From an uncultured Hormoscilla sp. (lineage in GTDB: Bacteria; Cyanobacteriota; Cyanobacteriia; Cyanobacteriales; Desertifilaceae), in assembly GCA_963921275.4 (NCBI GenBank), contig OZ001293.3:896001-960000 (forward strand): a DNA stretch of 64,000 bases, read 5' to 3'. Under the pieces are notes generated by a model. That model searched no databases. It had not been told where the DNA came from and was given only the letters and a program-made list of their open reading frames with translations. Made by a program: the position numbers and the translations under genes. Every line of letters begins with the position of its first letter. Within the stretch, counting starts at the first letter, position 1. Shown here piece after piece: positions 1-10,817 of the stretch.

Positions 1-584
1 AGCAAGCGAGCTGGTGATTTGTGTTTGAGACTGATGACTATGACTGGTCGTTCATAGAAATAGGCTACCATGCCATCGAACTTACGAACTCCCTTAGCTT
101 TGCCCTTAGCTTTGGGAAATTTAGCAAAATGAACCACGGGTATTCCATAATTCCAGCAGAATTCGAGGAGTCCTTCCAGGTTGACAAACTCCCTCCTATC
201 TAGAATAATATCTCGTATTTCTTTTGCTGATTTTGGCAGTGGTTTACAGGCTGGCGTACAAGCATATGCTATCATTTCAGCAATGCGTGCTGCCATGCAT
301 TGAGCGACAAAAAGCTGCTCTTTTTCAGTCCCATGTTTAAGCTTGAACTTCGCATGACACGATTGCTTAAAAGTTGGCTTTCTCTCCGGTTTCAGCAAGG
401 AGCAGATATCCAGGTTTAAGCGACGGGAAATGTAGGCCGCTGCCTCGATCGCGGCCCCGTTCATGGTTTCAACTTCATCATCCCACCAATCAGGTAAGGC
501 ATTCGATCGCACAAAGTTTTTGGGAAAGCCCAGGGATGACAAGCGATCGTATAGGGTAGCCATATTAATTTCAGTTTGTGTCAT
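1..584 (-). CDS. ImmA/IrrE-like (HigA-type) metallopeptidase family protein, runs off window start
   Basis: Open frame read manually from ATG 584: MTQTEINMATLYDRLSSLGFPKNFVRSNALPDWWDD...NYGIPVVHF...FDGMVAYFYERPVIVISLKHKSPARL. This resembles the segment preceding HELGH in such proteins; the motif itself lies outside the window. Confidence 0.55.
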   Translation of the reverse strand, partial: MTQTEINMATLYDRLSSLGFPKNFVRSNALPDWWDDEVETMNGAAIEAAAYISRRLNLDICSLLKPERKPTFKQSCHAKFKLKHGTEKEQLFVAQCMAARIAEMIAYACTPACKPLPKSAKEIRDIILDRREFVNLEGLLEFCWNYGIPVVHFAKFPKAKGKAKGVRKFDGMVAYFYERPVIVISLKHKSPARL

Positions 585-1027
585 AGCACGGCTCCTCTGG
601 CCACAGTTATGGGTACTCTCTTCTACCTTATTGCTATCATATCATAAATACCCTCTTTCGGGATGGCATCACCAGAGTCGAAAAGGACAGTTCCTTGGGT
701 GAGCCTCGCCTTTTCCGATAGCAGTAGTGGCATCACCGGTGACAGGTACTGGCTGACGGGTGAGATGCGCATTCGTTCAGGGATTTTGCTCGAGGGCGAT
801 CGCATGGCAAGCTTTACTGATATCTTACACCAGGCCCGGGCACCGTTCCGGAAAAATCAGGAAATCTGCTGCACAAGGGGCGATCGCCTGTCCGGGGTCG
901 GTGACGGTGATGGCGATCGTCTTATGCCTTCGGAGCATATCGGTATCGATACACAAAACTTAACTTGCACAACTTACAGCTTCTGTGTTAATATGTTCTC
1001 ATAAGCCCTGGATAATTACCATTAGCA

Positions 1028-1249
1028 ATGAGGATGAAAAATCAATTAATCGAAAGTTCTCCTGACATCATGTCGGGGACATGTGCTGGCACCCGCGTAC
1101 CAGCACAGACGCTGATCGACTATCTGGCAGCGGGAGAAAGTATTGATGAATTTCTATATGACTTTCCTACTGTCAGTCGCGATCGGGCGATCGCTGTCCT
1201 TAATTTAGCGATGGGATCTATTCTCCAAAACTATGAAGCTGTTGCTTGA
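1028..1249 (+). CDS. DUF433 family antitoxin (small internal deletion likely)
   Basis: PDIMSGT..AGTRVP..LIDYLAAGESIDEFLYDFPTV signature; overlaps the downstream PIN gene. Confidence 0.8.
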   Translation: MRMKNQLIESSPDIMSGTCAGTRVPAQTLIDYLAAGESIDEFLYDFPTVSRDRAIAVLNLAMGSILQNYEAVA

Positions 1250-1550
1250 CGAGTGCCTGCCTAAAAGATTAAAACGAGACTTAGTGGAGCATACCGTTAT
1301 CACTGTACCAGAGCAAGGATGGGCTAGTAAGAAGAATGGGGAATTACTTCGATTAGTCGAAAATGAATTTGATGTTTTTATAATGGCAGACAAAAATTTG
1401 CCGTATCAACAGAACTTGTAGAATATTAATCTGGCGGTAGTGATACTGATAGCTCCAAACAATAGTTTAGAAACGCTCAATCTTCTGATGCCACAAGTAC
1501 GAGCAGTATTGGAGACGATTCAACTTGGTCAAGTGGTTCCCATTGAGTAA
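1233..1550 (+). pseudogene. DUF5615 PIN-like toxin with in-frame TAG at 1419-1421
   Basis: MKLLLDECLP...KNGELL...FDVFIMADKNL; frame continues after TAG (NINLAVVILIAPNN...) to TAA 1550. Confidence 0.8.
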
Positions 1551-1789
1551 GTTAAGCTTTGCTAGAATGAAGGTGGACCCACACCGCCCACCTACCCTCG
1601 TTCCCTGACTCTTATATCTTGGGCGGGCGATCGCCTACCTTTTCGGATAGCAGTAGTGGTATCACCGATGACAGGTACTGGCTTGGAGTGACTCGGGAGG
1701 AAACTGGCCCGGGTTGAGGAACGAAACCCAACCGATGCGGGAGATGGCGATGTTAGGTTACAAGAGCGTCAACCCAACCTACAAGATAT

Positions 1790-2370
1790 CTAACTAGCAG
1801 TAACAGGAGTCGCTCTTTCCAACTGTTCGATCCATTTTTGGGCATCATCATGGGAGAGAGGACGGGTTAACATAGGATTAGCAACTGCAAAAATAACTTC
1901 AGAGAGTATCTCTTCAATGTCCCTTTCATAACCGATGTCCTCGCGACATTCGTATCCCTGCGGGACGCTAGCCATTCGCATTCGCCCAATCTTCCACTTC
2001 AGATGCAGAGAGTACGAGGTATCGCCTCAAAACATTTGCAAGATGTTGTGTCTCCAAAATAACGAGCATATTGTCGCTATCCCATCTGATGCTGTTCAAG
2101 GGTTTAAATATCTGCCCGAGGGGGCGATCGAACTTTAGCAGTGACTTCAGTAATTCAATTCTGTCGCTCATGGGTATTTCTGTTTGACATGAACAATGCT
2201 ACCATCGCATAGGTAGTTTTAGTATATAAAGTTGTTGTCCCAGCGGCATCCACCTGTTTTTCATAAGTGGCAAAGGAACCCGGAAGGTTTCTGGCGGAAA
2301 CATCTGCCTGAAATGCTTTGCCCCCATTGGGAATATCATAAATCCTAACTGGGCTAGCATTCTTCGGCAA
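1790..2370 (-). pseudogene. Possible orphan polymorphic-toxin C-terminus (2155-2370) plus frameshifted immunity-like gene (1790-2171)
   Basis: Two coupled small genes; ORFs 1968-2171 and 1790-1981 join as ...EVEDWANA/ECREDI...; family assignment is from recollection only. Confidence 0.35.
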
Positions 2371-2609
2371 CTGTTTCTAGAAGCGAATTAGATTTGCTGC
2401 TTGTTCGGCGTTTAAGGATGTCGCCATGTTGCCTGGGTAATTTTCCGAACTGTTTCCATCATGATCTACTCCAACGCGGTCTTCCCTACAGTATGCTTTA
2501 TGGCAATAGAACCTAATTATAAAATTGCGATAATGTAGGTTGGGTTGAGGTACGAAACCCAACCGATGCCGGTGATGCAAACGCGCTTTGCGTTTACCAC
2601 GAATCATCC

Positions 2610-2996
2610 TTAAGCAGCAAATGGATTTAACAAAGTTAGCTCCTCGATCCGTTCAAAGTCCTTAACATTATGGGTAACCAGCGTGCGCTCTTGTGTAATA
2701 GCACAAGCAGCAATCAGCGCCTCTGGTAGCTTTAGCCTATAATCCCGCCGAATTTGGGCAGCACACTCCAAAACTGTTTCTGTAAGTACCACGCAAGTCA
2801 ACCTCCTCAAAAACCCGCGTATTTGATTCGCCTCATTGTCAGTCAGGGGGGCATAGCACAATAGTTCAATCCAAGTGAGAGGACAGTACATTCCTTGGGC
2901 ATTACTACCCCGAATGTCAGAGAAAATCGGTTGCACAATCAGATTTCCCTTAAAGTAATAAATCAAGATATTCGTATCCAGCAGAAAATTACTCAT
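2610..2996 (-). CDS. vapC: VapC-like PIN domain toxin
   Basis: LLDTNILIY...ELL...LPEALIAACA...LVTHNVKDF PIN motifs. Confidence 0.9.
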   Translation of the reverse strand: MSNFLLDTNILIYYFKGNLIVQPIFSDIRGSNAQGMYCPLTWIELLCYAPLTDNEANQIRGFLRRLTCVVLTETVLECAAQIRRDYRLKLPEALIAACAITQERTLVTHNVKDFERIEELTLLNPFAA

Positions 2997-3228
2997 CCCA
3001 TTCCGATCTTAATTGCTGTTGAAATTCCAAGGGGTCAACCCAGTCGGGCATGAAGCCGAATAGGTCTAAATCTTCATATGAATTCTGAGTTACTTCTGTT
3101 GACTGCAATATCGGTTGCATGACAACCAGCACTTCTACTAATCCCGGTCCGATCGTCTCTGGAAGGGCGATCGAGAGTTGGCGGACGGTTTCCTCCAGGC
3201 GTACAATTTTCCTAACTGTTTCCATCAT
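2989..3228 (-). CDS. Putative antitoxin upstream of vapC
   Basis: 79 aa, ends DPLEFQQQLRSEWDE, overlaps the toxin start. Confidence 0.7.
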   Translation of the reverse strand: MMETVRKIVRLEETVRQLSIALPETIGPGLVEVLVVMQPILQSTEVTQNSYEDLDLFGFMPDWVDPLEFQQQLRSEWDE

Positions 3229-3260
3229 TATCTACTCCAACGCGGTCTTACCTACAGTAT

Positions 3261-3360
3261 AACGGCAAACGCTAAAGCGTTTACTACGAACGGGCAGACG
3301 CTAAAGCGTTTACTACGAACGGGCAAACGCTAAAGCGTTTACTACGAACGGTTTACTACG
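3261..3360. repeat. Three tandem ~29-bp REP-like units with internal hairpin
   Basis: AACGGGCAAACGCTAAAGCGTTTACTACG x3; AAACGC-TAAA-GCGTTT stem. Confidence 0.85.
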
Positions 3361-6300
3361 GTCCCCAAGGCTGATGCATCAGCACGTAAAAGCAGGGGAT
3401 GATAAATAATGTTAGCATTGTCGCTAAGGAAAGTCCCGAGAATACTACTACTCCCAATGGTTGTAGAAATTCCGATCCTTCCCCAATTCCTAATGCTAGG
3501 GGAAATAATCCTAACACTGTGGTAATTGTCGTCATTAATATCGGACGCAGGCGCTGGGGGGCGGCTTGCAAAATTGCTCTCTCATAGCCGATCCCTTCTT
3601 CTTCTCGTATCTGGTTCGCTAATTCTATCATGATAATGGCATTGTTCACCACAATCCCTACCAGTAACACAATCCCCACGATCGCCGTTGCCCCTAATGC
3701 TGTATCGGTCACGTACAGTCCCAGGATCCCTCCACAGACCGCTAGCGGCACTGTTAACATAATCACTAAGGGGTCGATCAGCGAATTGTACTGCACTGCC
3801 ATGACTACGAAGACTAAAAATGCTGCTAAGCTTCCTAACAAGATCAGCGATCGCTGCAATTCTTGGTTAGCTGCCACGGAGTAGCTAGGCAGCAAGCTAA
3901 CTCCCGAGGGTAACTCTAACTCTGCTAACACCTCCTCTACCTGCGCGATCGCCTCACTCAGTCTGACTCCTTCACTCAGGGTTCCGGCCATCAAAAATAC
4001 CTGTCGCTGATTAATCCTTTGGATCTCCCCTGGCGCTTGACCTTTTGCTATTCTGGCCACATCCCGGAGACGAACTTGACGGTTATTCTCCACAAATAGG
4101 GGCAAACGCCGCAGTTCCTCTACAGTCTCGATCGCCCCTTTATCCAACTGCACGCGGATATCTACCAAACGATTTCCCCGTTGCAACTGAGTAGGAACCG
4201 ACCCAGCAATAGCAGTTTGAATGGTTTCTCCAATCTCTTGGGCCGTTAGTCCAAAAGCTTGTAACCTTTCCCAGTCGGGCAATATTTGCAGTTCTATCTG
4301 CTGCGGGTCCGCATCGGGACGGAACCGGGCAGCTGTGACCCTTTCATCTAGCACTCGCAACACCTGACGCCCAGCTTTTTCTAATGTCTGGGTGTCCTTC
4401 CCTTGCAGGCCAATGTCGATATCGGCCCGTATGGGCGAGTTGCTGAGAATTAAACCTCGCACCGATCCTGGGAACAGGCGCAGGCGAATGTCTACCAAGT
4501 TTAGTTGATTTAATTGTTTACTTACCCGTTCCACATAGGCGGGGACATCCGTACCGGGTTTGAGGGTAATGGTGCTGCTGGCCCGCAACAGGTTTTCAAT
4601 GGTGATGTTAGAGAACAGAAACCCACCGATCGTGGAAAAAACATACTCTGTTTCTGGCTGTTGTAGCAAGACTTCATCTACTGCTGCCATGACTTTGCGG
4701 TTCGTTTCTAGATTTGTACCCGGCGGAAATTGGGCAAATAACCGCGCTTGACCAGTGCTAATGCGAGGCAAGATTTCTTGGGAGAGATGATCTCCTATCC
4801 ACCAACTTCCTCCCCCTAGGACTACAAAGGATAGGGCGATCGCCACTAGCCTCCACTTTAACACAACCTTGAGCAATCTGCCATAGTTAGTCGTTGCTGC
4901 TGTAAATCGGCGATTAAATTCTCGTAACAACCACAACTTTCCTACTCGACTCGACCAGGTAACCCCTAGCAGTCGGGAAGCTAGCATCGGCACCACTGTC
5001 AGTCCGACAATTAGGGACGCTGCCATTGCAAAGCTAATGGTCAGAATTAACTCATTGAATATTAGGGATATCAACCCACCAATCAGCAAAAATGGCAGCA
5101 CTGCTACTAGGTTAGTACTTGTGGAGGCCAGTAATGCTGATTCTAACTCTTTACTGCTCTTTTGCGCTTGCCTAATAATGGAAATTATTCCATTTTCCCT
5201 TCTCGATTTCCCTTTCTCGATTGTCGATTTTTCATGACCCTTGACAATATTCTCCAGCATGACGATCGAGTTATCCACCACGATGCCCACACCCAAGGCC
5301 AGACCGCCCAAACTGAATACATTCAATGACAGTCCAAACAATCCCATGAGAATAACAGCTGTGAGTGTTGCTAGGGGAATGGCCAGGACTATGATTAATG
5401 TCTGGCGCAGGGAACCGAGGAACAGCAACACGGCAATAGCTGCTAGCACCGACCCTGTTAGTCCCGCCAAGACTACATTATTAATTGCATTGCGGATGAA
5501 CCTTGACTCATCTAGGGTGGGTGTCAGGACAGTATCATCAGTTATTAACCCCGACTTCTGGAGAAATTTAATCCGTTCTTTAACTGCGTCTACCACCGCG
5601 ACCGTATTGGCATCAGGCTGTTTCTGGACGCTGACTTTCACGGCGGGTTCTCCATTCAGGAAGACTAAGACTCGCTGTTCTTCTATGCCATCAATCACTT
5701 GGGCAAAGTCTCGCAGATATACCCGTTGGGGCGGGTTCGTTCCCGATATTTCCAAGGATAAGTCGCGAATTTCTCTGGCGTCCTGAAAACGCCCGATCAC
5801 CCGGGTGAGAGGTTCCGCCGACAAACCCCGGAGTCTCCCTCCCGAGGTATCGATGTTCCGTTCTTTCAAGGCATCCAAAACATCTTTTATATCTACTCCT
5901 AAAGCTTGCAGGCGATCTAGGTCCAGGTTAACTTGAATTTCTTCTTGCACGCCTCCCGATACATCCACCGAGGCTACTCCTTTGACCACATTCAGTTCTC
6001 TAGCTAACTCTTCATTTGCAAAGACCCGCAGGTCTACATCTTGCAATGAAGGTGAAGTAAGAGCAAATTCATAGACTGGTGATTGGGATGGATCGTATTT
6101 GAACAGACGTGGTGTTTCAATAGTATCTGGAAGTCTACTGACCGTGCGGTTGAGAGTAGCAGTAGCATCATTCAGGGCTTGGTCTATGTCACTCCCTGGT
6201 TCAAAATAAAGGTTAACGCTGACTCGTCCTTCCCGGGTGGTAGAATATACTTGCACTACTCCTTCGGTAGCAGATAAACCTTGTTCTAAAGGGCGAGTAA

Positions 6301-6505
6301 TTTCATCGATCGCTACTTCTGGGGATATGCCCGGGGCATCAACCCGCACTCCGATGCGAGGATAGGTGATGGATGGCAATAGATCGACGGGCAGTTTGGT
6401 AATGTAGAATACAGCGATGACTATTACTGCTAAAGCAAGCATCATAGTACCGATATGGCGGCGAATGGCGATCGCGCTAATGCTAGCAGGAGGGTTATTA
6501 TTCAT
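3356..6505 (-). CDS. RND efflux transporter permease (AcrB/AcrD/AcrF family)
   Basis: 1049 aa; LPVDLLP, GIVVDNSIVMLENI, RLRPILMTT motifs. Confidence 0.95.
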   Translation of the reverse strand: MNNNPPASISAIAIRRHIGTMMLALAVIVIAVFYITKLPVDLLPSITYPRIGVRVDAPGISPEVAIDEITRPLEQGLSATEGVVQVYSTTREGRVSVNLYFEPGSDIDQALNDATATLNRTVSRLPDTIETPRLFKYDPSQSPVYEFALTSPSLQDVDLRVFANEELARELNVVKGVASVDVSGGVQEEIQVNLDLDRLQALGVDIKDVLDALKERNIDTSGGRLRGLSAEPLTRVIGRFQDAREIRDLSLEISGTNPPQRVYLRDFAQVIDGIEEQRVLVFLNGEPAVKVSVQKQPDANTVAVVDAVKERIKFLQKSGLITDDTVLTPTLDESRFIRNAINNVVLAGLTGSVLAAIAVLLFLGSLRQTLIIVLAIPLATLTAVILMGLFGLSLNVFSLGGLALGVGIVVDNSIVMLENIVKGHEKSTIEKGKSRRENGIISIIRQAQKSSKELESALLASTSTNLVAVLPFLLIGGLISLIFNELILTISFAMAASLIVGLTVVPMLASRLLGVTWSSRVGKLWLLREFNRRFTAATTNYGRLLKVVLKWRLVAIALSFVVLGGGSWWIGDHLSQEILPRISTGQARLFAQFPPGTNLETNRKVMAAVDEVLLQQPETEYVFSTIGGFLFSNITIENLLRASSTITLKPGTDVPAYVERVSKQLNQLNLVDIRLRLFPGSVRGLILSNSPIRADIDIGLQGKDTQTLEKAGRQVLRVLDERVTAARFRPDADPQQIELQILPDWERLQAFGLTAQEIGETIQTAIAGSVPTQLQRGNRLVDIRVQLDKGAIETVEELRRLPLFVENNRQVRLRDVARIAKGQAPGEIQRINQRQVFLMAGTLSEGVRLSEAIAQVEEVLAELELPSGVSLLPSYSVAANQELQRSLILLGSLAAFLVFVVMAVQYNSLIDPLVIMLTVPLAVCGGILGLYVTDTALGATAIVGIVLLVGIVVNNAIIMIELANQIREEEGIGYERAILQAAPQRLRPILMTTITTVLGLFPLALGIGEGSEFLQPLGVVVFSGLSLATMLTLFIIPCFYVLMHQPWGP

Positions 6506-7006
6506 ACTTTATGTTTATTTTATACTCTAGCTTATAGCGTTTCTCAAAATGATGTGGTACAAAAAGATCGCCTATTTGTCATTGCGAGGGGGTGTGGTCA
6601 AAAGTAGTTGATAGAGTAGAAAAGCTGTCCCCTTGGTCAATTATGATAATCATTATCATTCTCTTTTACCAAGGAGAACTTTGGTTCACAGTATGTAAGC
6701 AGGTGGGCGTAAATCAACTGACCTCTGTTAAGAAATGTCTTATCGCGCCCATCTACTTCTGGAAGAGGCTTGAGCGCCAACTTAACAAAACTTTACTGCC
6801 GTTGAGTTTACTTATGCACAGCTACTTATCAATAGTATATAATGTGGTCTTGTGGGATTTTTTTGTAATATCCGTACAAGCATTCTGGGCAATTTATAAC
6901 CTATAAATTGCTAGGGCCTGCACGTGGCGAATGCGCTCGTGTGGCTCCGGACGACTGCATGGCGACTACCCCTGGAGCTGCACTGGCGCTGGGATCTTCT
7001 GTACTC

Positions 7007-7800
7007 TTAAATAATCACACCAGCAGCATATTTCAAGCCAAGTCGTAGTCTTGAAGCAGTCAAACTTCTTAACAGGAAGGTATGGTTATTACTACCCTGG
7101 TATTTTTGCTCGGAGGGTCTCAAGTTGCCAAAAATCCGACCAGCATTATTAGCTTGTAGAATGAGTAGCCCTAACATCGGATTAATATTATCAGGATGCC
7201 AAGTCGCGCCGGGAATCTTTAACCTTTTTTGGGGTATATAGCGATGAGCACTTTCAATTTCTCCTGAACCGATGGGTAAACCTAACGAGAGCAACCGGTG
7301 ATAATTAATACAATCAGAAAAGCTTTGCAGATACTTACACAAACGAGATAAACGCTCTTGACCTTTTGCGGTGAGCAATGCCTTCCTGCTTCCGAGACAT
7401 TCTTGAAAATTTGTCAACAGTTGCTGTACTTTCCCGGCATCAATTTTCGATAGTTCTTCATTTACCAAATCTTGTTTTTCGCTTCCCTCCAGCCCCAGAG
7501 CTAGCGCGACGGCGTCGCGGCGTATCAGCGGTTTCATAAAGATGTTGTTTGAGATGACAACGCTTCAGGATAAATTGCAAGTTGTTAAATTGTAAGTTGT
7601 CAAATTGCTCCTGGAGTTCTGAGGGTAGCCCATTACCACCATCTCCGACTGCATAGACGTGACGCGCGTAGTGACATCCCTTGATTTATTGCTGCACTTA
7701 CCAATTGATTTACAAGGATAGGATACTTGCTCATTTATGCTAGAAAATTGCGCTTTTCTTTGTTTTGAACTGGACTTTTCTTACCAACTCTGACTTCTCG
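7007..7800 (-). mobile_element. ISKra4-like transposase remnant
   Basis: LPIGSGEIESAHRYIPQKRLKIPGATW; frameshifted upstream part. Confidence 0.7.
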
Positions 7801-7994
7801 CCACGGTAGTGATAAATATGTAGTGATAGAACATTCCATCCCTCTATTAATCCTTACTTTTCTTAGGAATGATATAACAGCTCTTTATCTTAGCCAAATT
7901 GATAGCAATGATAAAATATTCTCATGTATAGCTCATCAGAAAAATGCTCTTATGTTATTAGTCAAAAGCGAGTATAGACTTATAAACACATCAT

Positions 7995-8560
7995 CATCGT
8001 CGCGACCCAATTGCCCTTATTGTAATTGTGAGCGAACAGTAAAAAATGGTAGTACTCATAATAAAAAGCAAAAATATGTAAAAAATCGGCAATAAATTGA
8101 AAACCCGACAGCAGGTATCGTCCGAAAAGAAAAAGAATATAGATGAGCTATTACTTGAAAGAGTCGAGTAAAGGTTTCACAAACGTTAATAAAAAATCTG
8201 CCGTGAGATTAAGGTTTCAGACAAGCCCAAAGGAAAATTGACTTGTGATGAAATGTGGTCTTGGGAATAAAGAAAACAAACATTGGCACTTGATACAAAA
8301 ACAAATTGTAGGAGTTGGGCGATCGCAGTCTCAGCAAAAAAATTGTGGAAATATTTACTTCCTGTTTATCGACGCGGTTTTTTACTTTTTGGGAAGCATA
8401 TAACAATACCGAAAAAGCGTTACTATTGCGGTAGGTAAATAAACTGGAAAAACTAATCATATTGAAAGGTTAAACAACGAGGCCAAGAATTAGTCGCTTG
8501 GTTCGGAAAACATTATCATTCTCTAAGAAGAAAATCACGCGATTTGGTATTTTGTGCATG
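7995..8560 (+). mobile_element. IS1-family transposase remnant
   Basis: CPYCNCERTVKNGSTHNKKQKY zinc ribbon and RLVRKTLSFSKK C-terminal motif; multiple frameshifts. Confidence 0.75.
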
Positions 8561-8604
8561 ATTACAACAAATGCTTGTCGGGTTAGTTGTGCCATCACTA
8601 CATG

Positions 8605-9026
8605 TTTATCACTACCTGCTAGGTATGCCTTGAATGTTTCTTCTGTCTCTTTGGGTCCGCTCCAGTATCCCATCGCCACACTCCCACCTGACACCCAAAT
8701 TTCTCCCACTTGGTTATCATCACAAGTTTTACATGTTGATGGGTCTACTATCACCACTTTTGGCTCCAGCCAAGTTTTCCCGCTGCTCGCTATACTCCGG
8801 TCATCTCGCTCTTCTCTATCTACCAAAACTACTAGATTTTTTCCAGTGCTGTCGATAAGACATTTATTTCTATCCGTTTAGCTCCTTTTTCACTCCCTGT
8901 TACTGCCGCCGTTGACTCTGCCAGACCATAGCAGGGTGTAAAGGCCCTTGAGGAGAAACCGCACTCTGCAAATCGGCTTTCAAACCGCCCTCGTTCCGGT
9001 GGGTCTCCCTGGGAATGGGAAGTCAC
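8605..9026 (-). pseudogene. Fatty acyl-AMP ligase / adenylation domain fragment
   Basis: FAECGFSSRAFTPCYGLAEST; VVIVDP...VGEIWVSGGSVAMGYW; both ends missing. Confidence 0.8.
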
Positions 9027-9102
9027 GAGGCGGGAGTCTCCTGTGAGTGCGCTGAACGCCGTTTATTCCTCCTATGAATGAGTAGAAACGGTAGTCTGAC
9101 TC

Positions 9103-9229
9103 TCAAAAGGAGGCTCTCGCCTCAACCGGCAGTGACCCGGGAGACCCTAGTCACTAGACACCGGACACTGGTCAAAAGGAGGCTCCCGCCTCAACTGGCA
9201 GTGACCCGGGAGACCCTGGTCACTAGACA
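9103..9229. repeat. Two direct repeats (~58 bp, period 69) with AGTGAC...GTCACT hairpin
   Basis: TCAAAAGGAGGCTCYCGCCTCAACYGGCAGTGACCCGGGAGACCCTRGTCACTAGACA x2. Confidence 0.85.
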
Positions 9230-9292
9230 AAGGGTGGGCCGTGCCCTACTAGGTTTAAAAATGATAAAGGTGGGTAATGCTCACCCTACCGA

Positions 9293-9365
9293 TACCCCCA
9301 AGGGAATTCGAATCCCTGTCGCCTCCGTGAAAGGGAGGTGTCCTAGGCCTCTAGACGATGGGGGC
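9293..9365 (-). tRNA. trnE: tRNA-Glu (TTC), CCA not encoded
   Basis: Reverse complement GCCCCCATCGTCTAGAGGCCTAGGACACCTCCCTTTCACGGAGGCGACAGGGATTCGAATTCCCTTGGGGGTA; cyanobacterial/plastid type. Confidence 0.97.
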
Positions 9366-9467
9366 TTGATTTATCTTCCTTAAATAATATAGCTAACCCG
9401 ATCTGAGATTGTCAACCCTTTTTGCTAAATTTCCCAAAAAAATTTTTTGAGCAGTAGGAAAAGGGGT

Positions 9468-10643
9468 TTAGGAGCGGTAAACCGGCAGCGTAAAATTAAA
9501 GCAGCTACCGGTAGTCCCAGCTTCATCCACCCAAATTTCACCGTAATGGGCCCGAATAATTCGCTTACACAGAGACAGACCAATGCCATATCCCTCCTTG
9601 GCCTCATCCCGTTCCAGTCGGAAGCGGTCCTCAAAGATGCGCTCTCGATTTTCCGCCGGCACGCCAGGACCGGTGTCGCTAATACTCACCTGCACTTTCT
9701 GAGTGGTGCGATGGAGAATGGAAACGGCAATGGTGCCGTCGGTGGGAGTGTACTTGATGGCATTGTCCAAAAGATTGACTAGCACCTGGCGGACCTGTTC
9801 GAGATCGGCATACACGGGAGGCAGGTCCTGGGGGATATCCGTTTCCACTCGCTGAGATTTGGTCTGAAATTGTTTTTGCAGCTGGCCGATCGCCTCCTGA
9901 CAGAGTAGACCTAAATCCATCTTTTGGGGTTGGATGTTCAGCTTGCTGATACTCCCTTTCGCCGCTTGCAGGATATTGGTGATTATCCGGTCCATCGCTT
10001 GGATCTGAGTGCGAGCATGTTTGAGTAACTGACTGGTAAGGGCCGGGGTGAAGCGAGAGGCGCGACTGTCCGGATCTGATTGACCTAACTCTATAGTTTC
10101 TATGGCCAGGGAGGCAGCTGTTAAGGGATTGCGCAGATCGTGAGCTAACATGGCTACCAGCCGGTCCTTAAACTGTAATTGCTCCTGGAGTTGTTCTTTT
10201 TCTTGCTGGAGGCGAAAAATTTCGTCAGATAGCTGCATCAGTTCTGCTTCCATGGTAATGGCACTGATGGCAGTTAGGGTTTGACCGGTTTTCGCACCAT
10301 TACTAACGGCCTTTTGGTGAGCGAGATATGCTTCTGCCTCCCGTCGCCAGCGGGGCAAACAGTTCGCCAACTGATCTGCTATATTAGTGCCTGTCAAGGT
10401 CTGCCTGGGTTCGGGATGGATTTTGATCAGGGTCGGAGTAACTACCAGCTTGAAATGTTCGGCTAAGTAAGGCTGTTCCCCGACATCGACTACCATCAGT
10501 TCATAGTCGCAGTCACCATGCAACTCTTTCAGCTGGCGACGACTTTGCCTGATATGCTCCCCGGAAATGGGACGTTTGTCCACAAATAGCAGCAGCTGTA
10601 AAGGCGCTTCCGAGTCGATCAGTTTTTCAGGAGATGCCTGCAT
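9468..10643 (-). CDS. sasA: Circadian clock-associated histidine kinase SasA
   Basis: N-terminal KaiB-like domain (LLLFVDKRP...EQPYLAEHFKLVVTPTLIK), H-box AHDLRNPL, HATPase N/G boxes. Confidence 0.92.
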   Translation of the reverse strand: MQASPEKLIDSEAPLQLLLFVDKRPISGEHIRQSRRQLKELHGDCDYELMVVDVGEQPYLAEHFKLVVTPTLIKIHPEPRQTLTGTNIADQLANCLPRWRREAEAYLAHQKAVSNGAKTGQTLTAISAITMEAELMQLSDEIFRLQQEKEQLQEQLQFKDRLVAMLAHDLRNPLTAASLAIETIELGQSDPDSRASRFTPALTSQLLKHARTQIQAMDRIITNILQAAKGSISKLNIQPQKMDLGLLCQEAIGQLQKQFQTKSQRVETDIPQDLPPVYADLEQVRQVLVNLLDNAIKYTPTDGTIAVSILHRTTQKVQVSISDTGPGVPAENRERIFEDRFRLERDEAKEGYGIGLSLCKRIIRAHYGEIWVDEAGTTGSCFNFTLPVYRS

Positions 10644-10817
10644 TTAGCTATTTTCTGACTAATTTTAGATTTTATTAATAATTTAGCAAATATTGGCGAT
10701 CGGTGATTACCGATTGCTAGCAATGAAAGAATTGAGAAACCAGGTTTTTTCCCAAAACCTGGTTTTTAGGGCTACTGGTGAATGGGGTAATTTAAAATAG
10801 TTAAAATATCTTTTAAA

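Noticed and set aside
1419..1421. Stop-codon recoding (in-frame TAG/TAA in several genes)
   Set aside because: Both TAA and TAG occur, only in accessory genes and alongside frameshifts, while core genes use TAA and TAG as normal stops.
3399..6277. Plus-strand ORFs antisense to the RND gene (similar ORFs oppose other long genes)
   Set aside because: Shadow frames of real genes, with no motifs of their own.
6900..9292. Integrative element at the tRNA-Glu 3' end
   Set aside because: No duplicated tRNA 3' end and no integrase found; only IS debris and a FAAL fragment.
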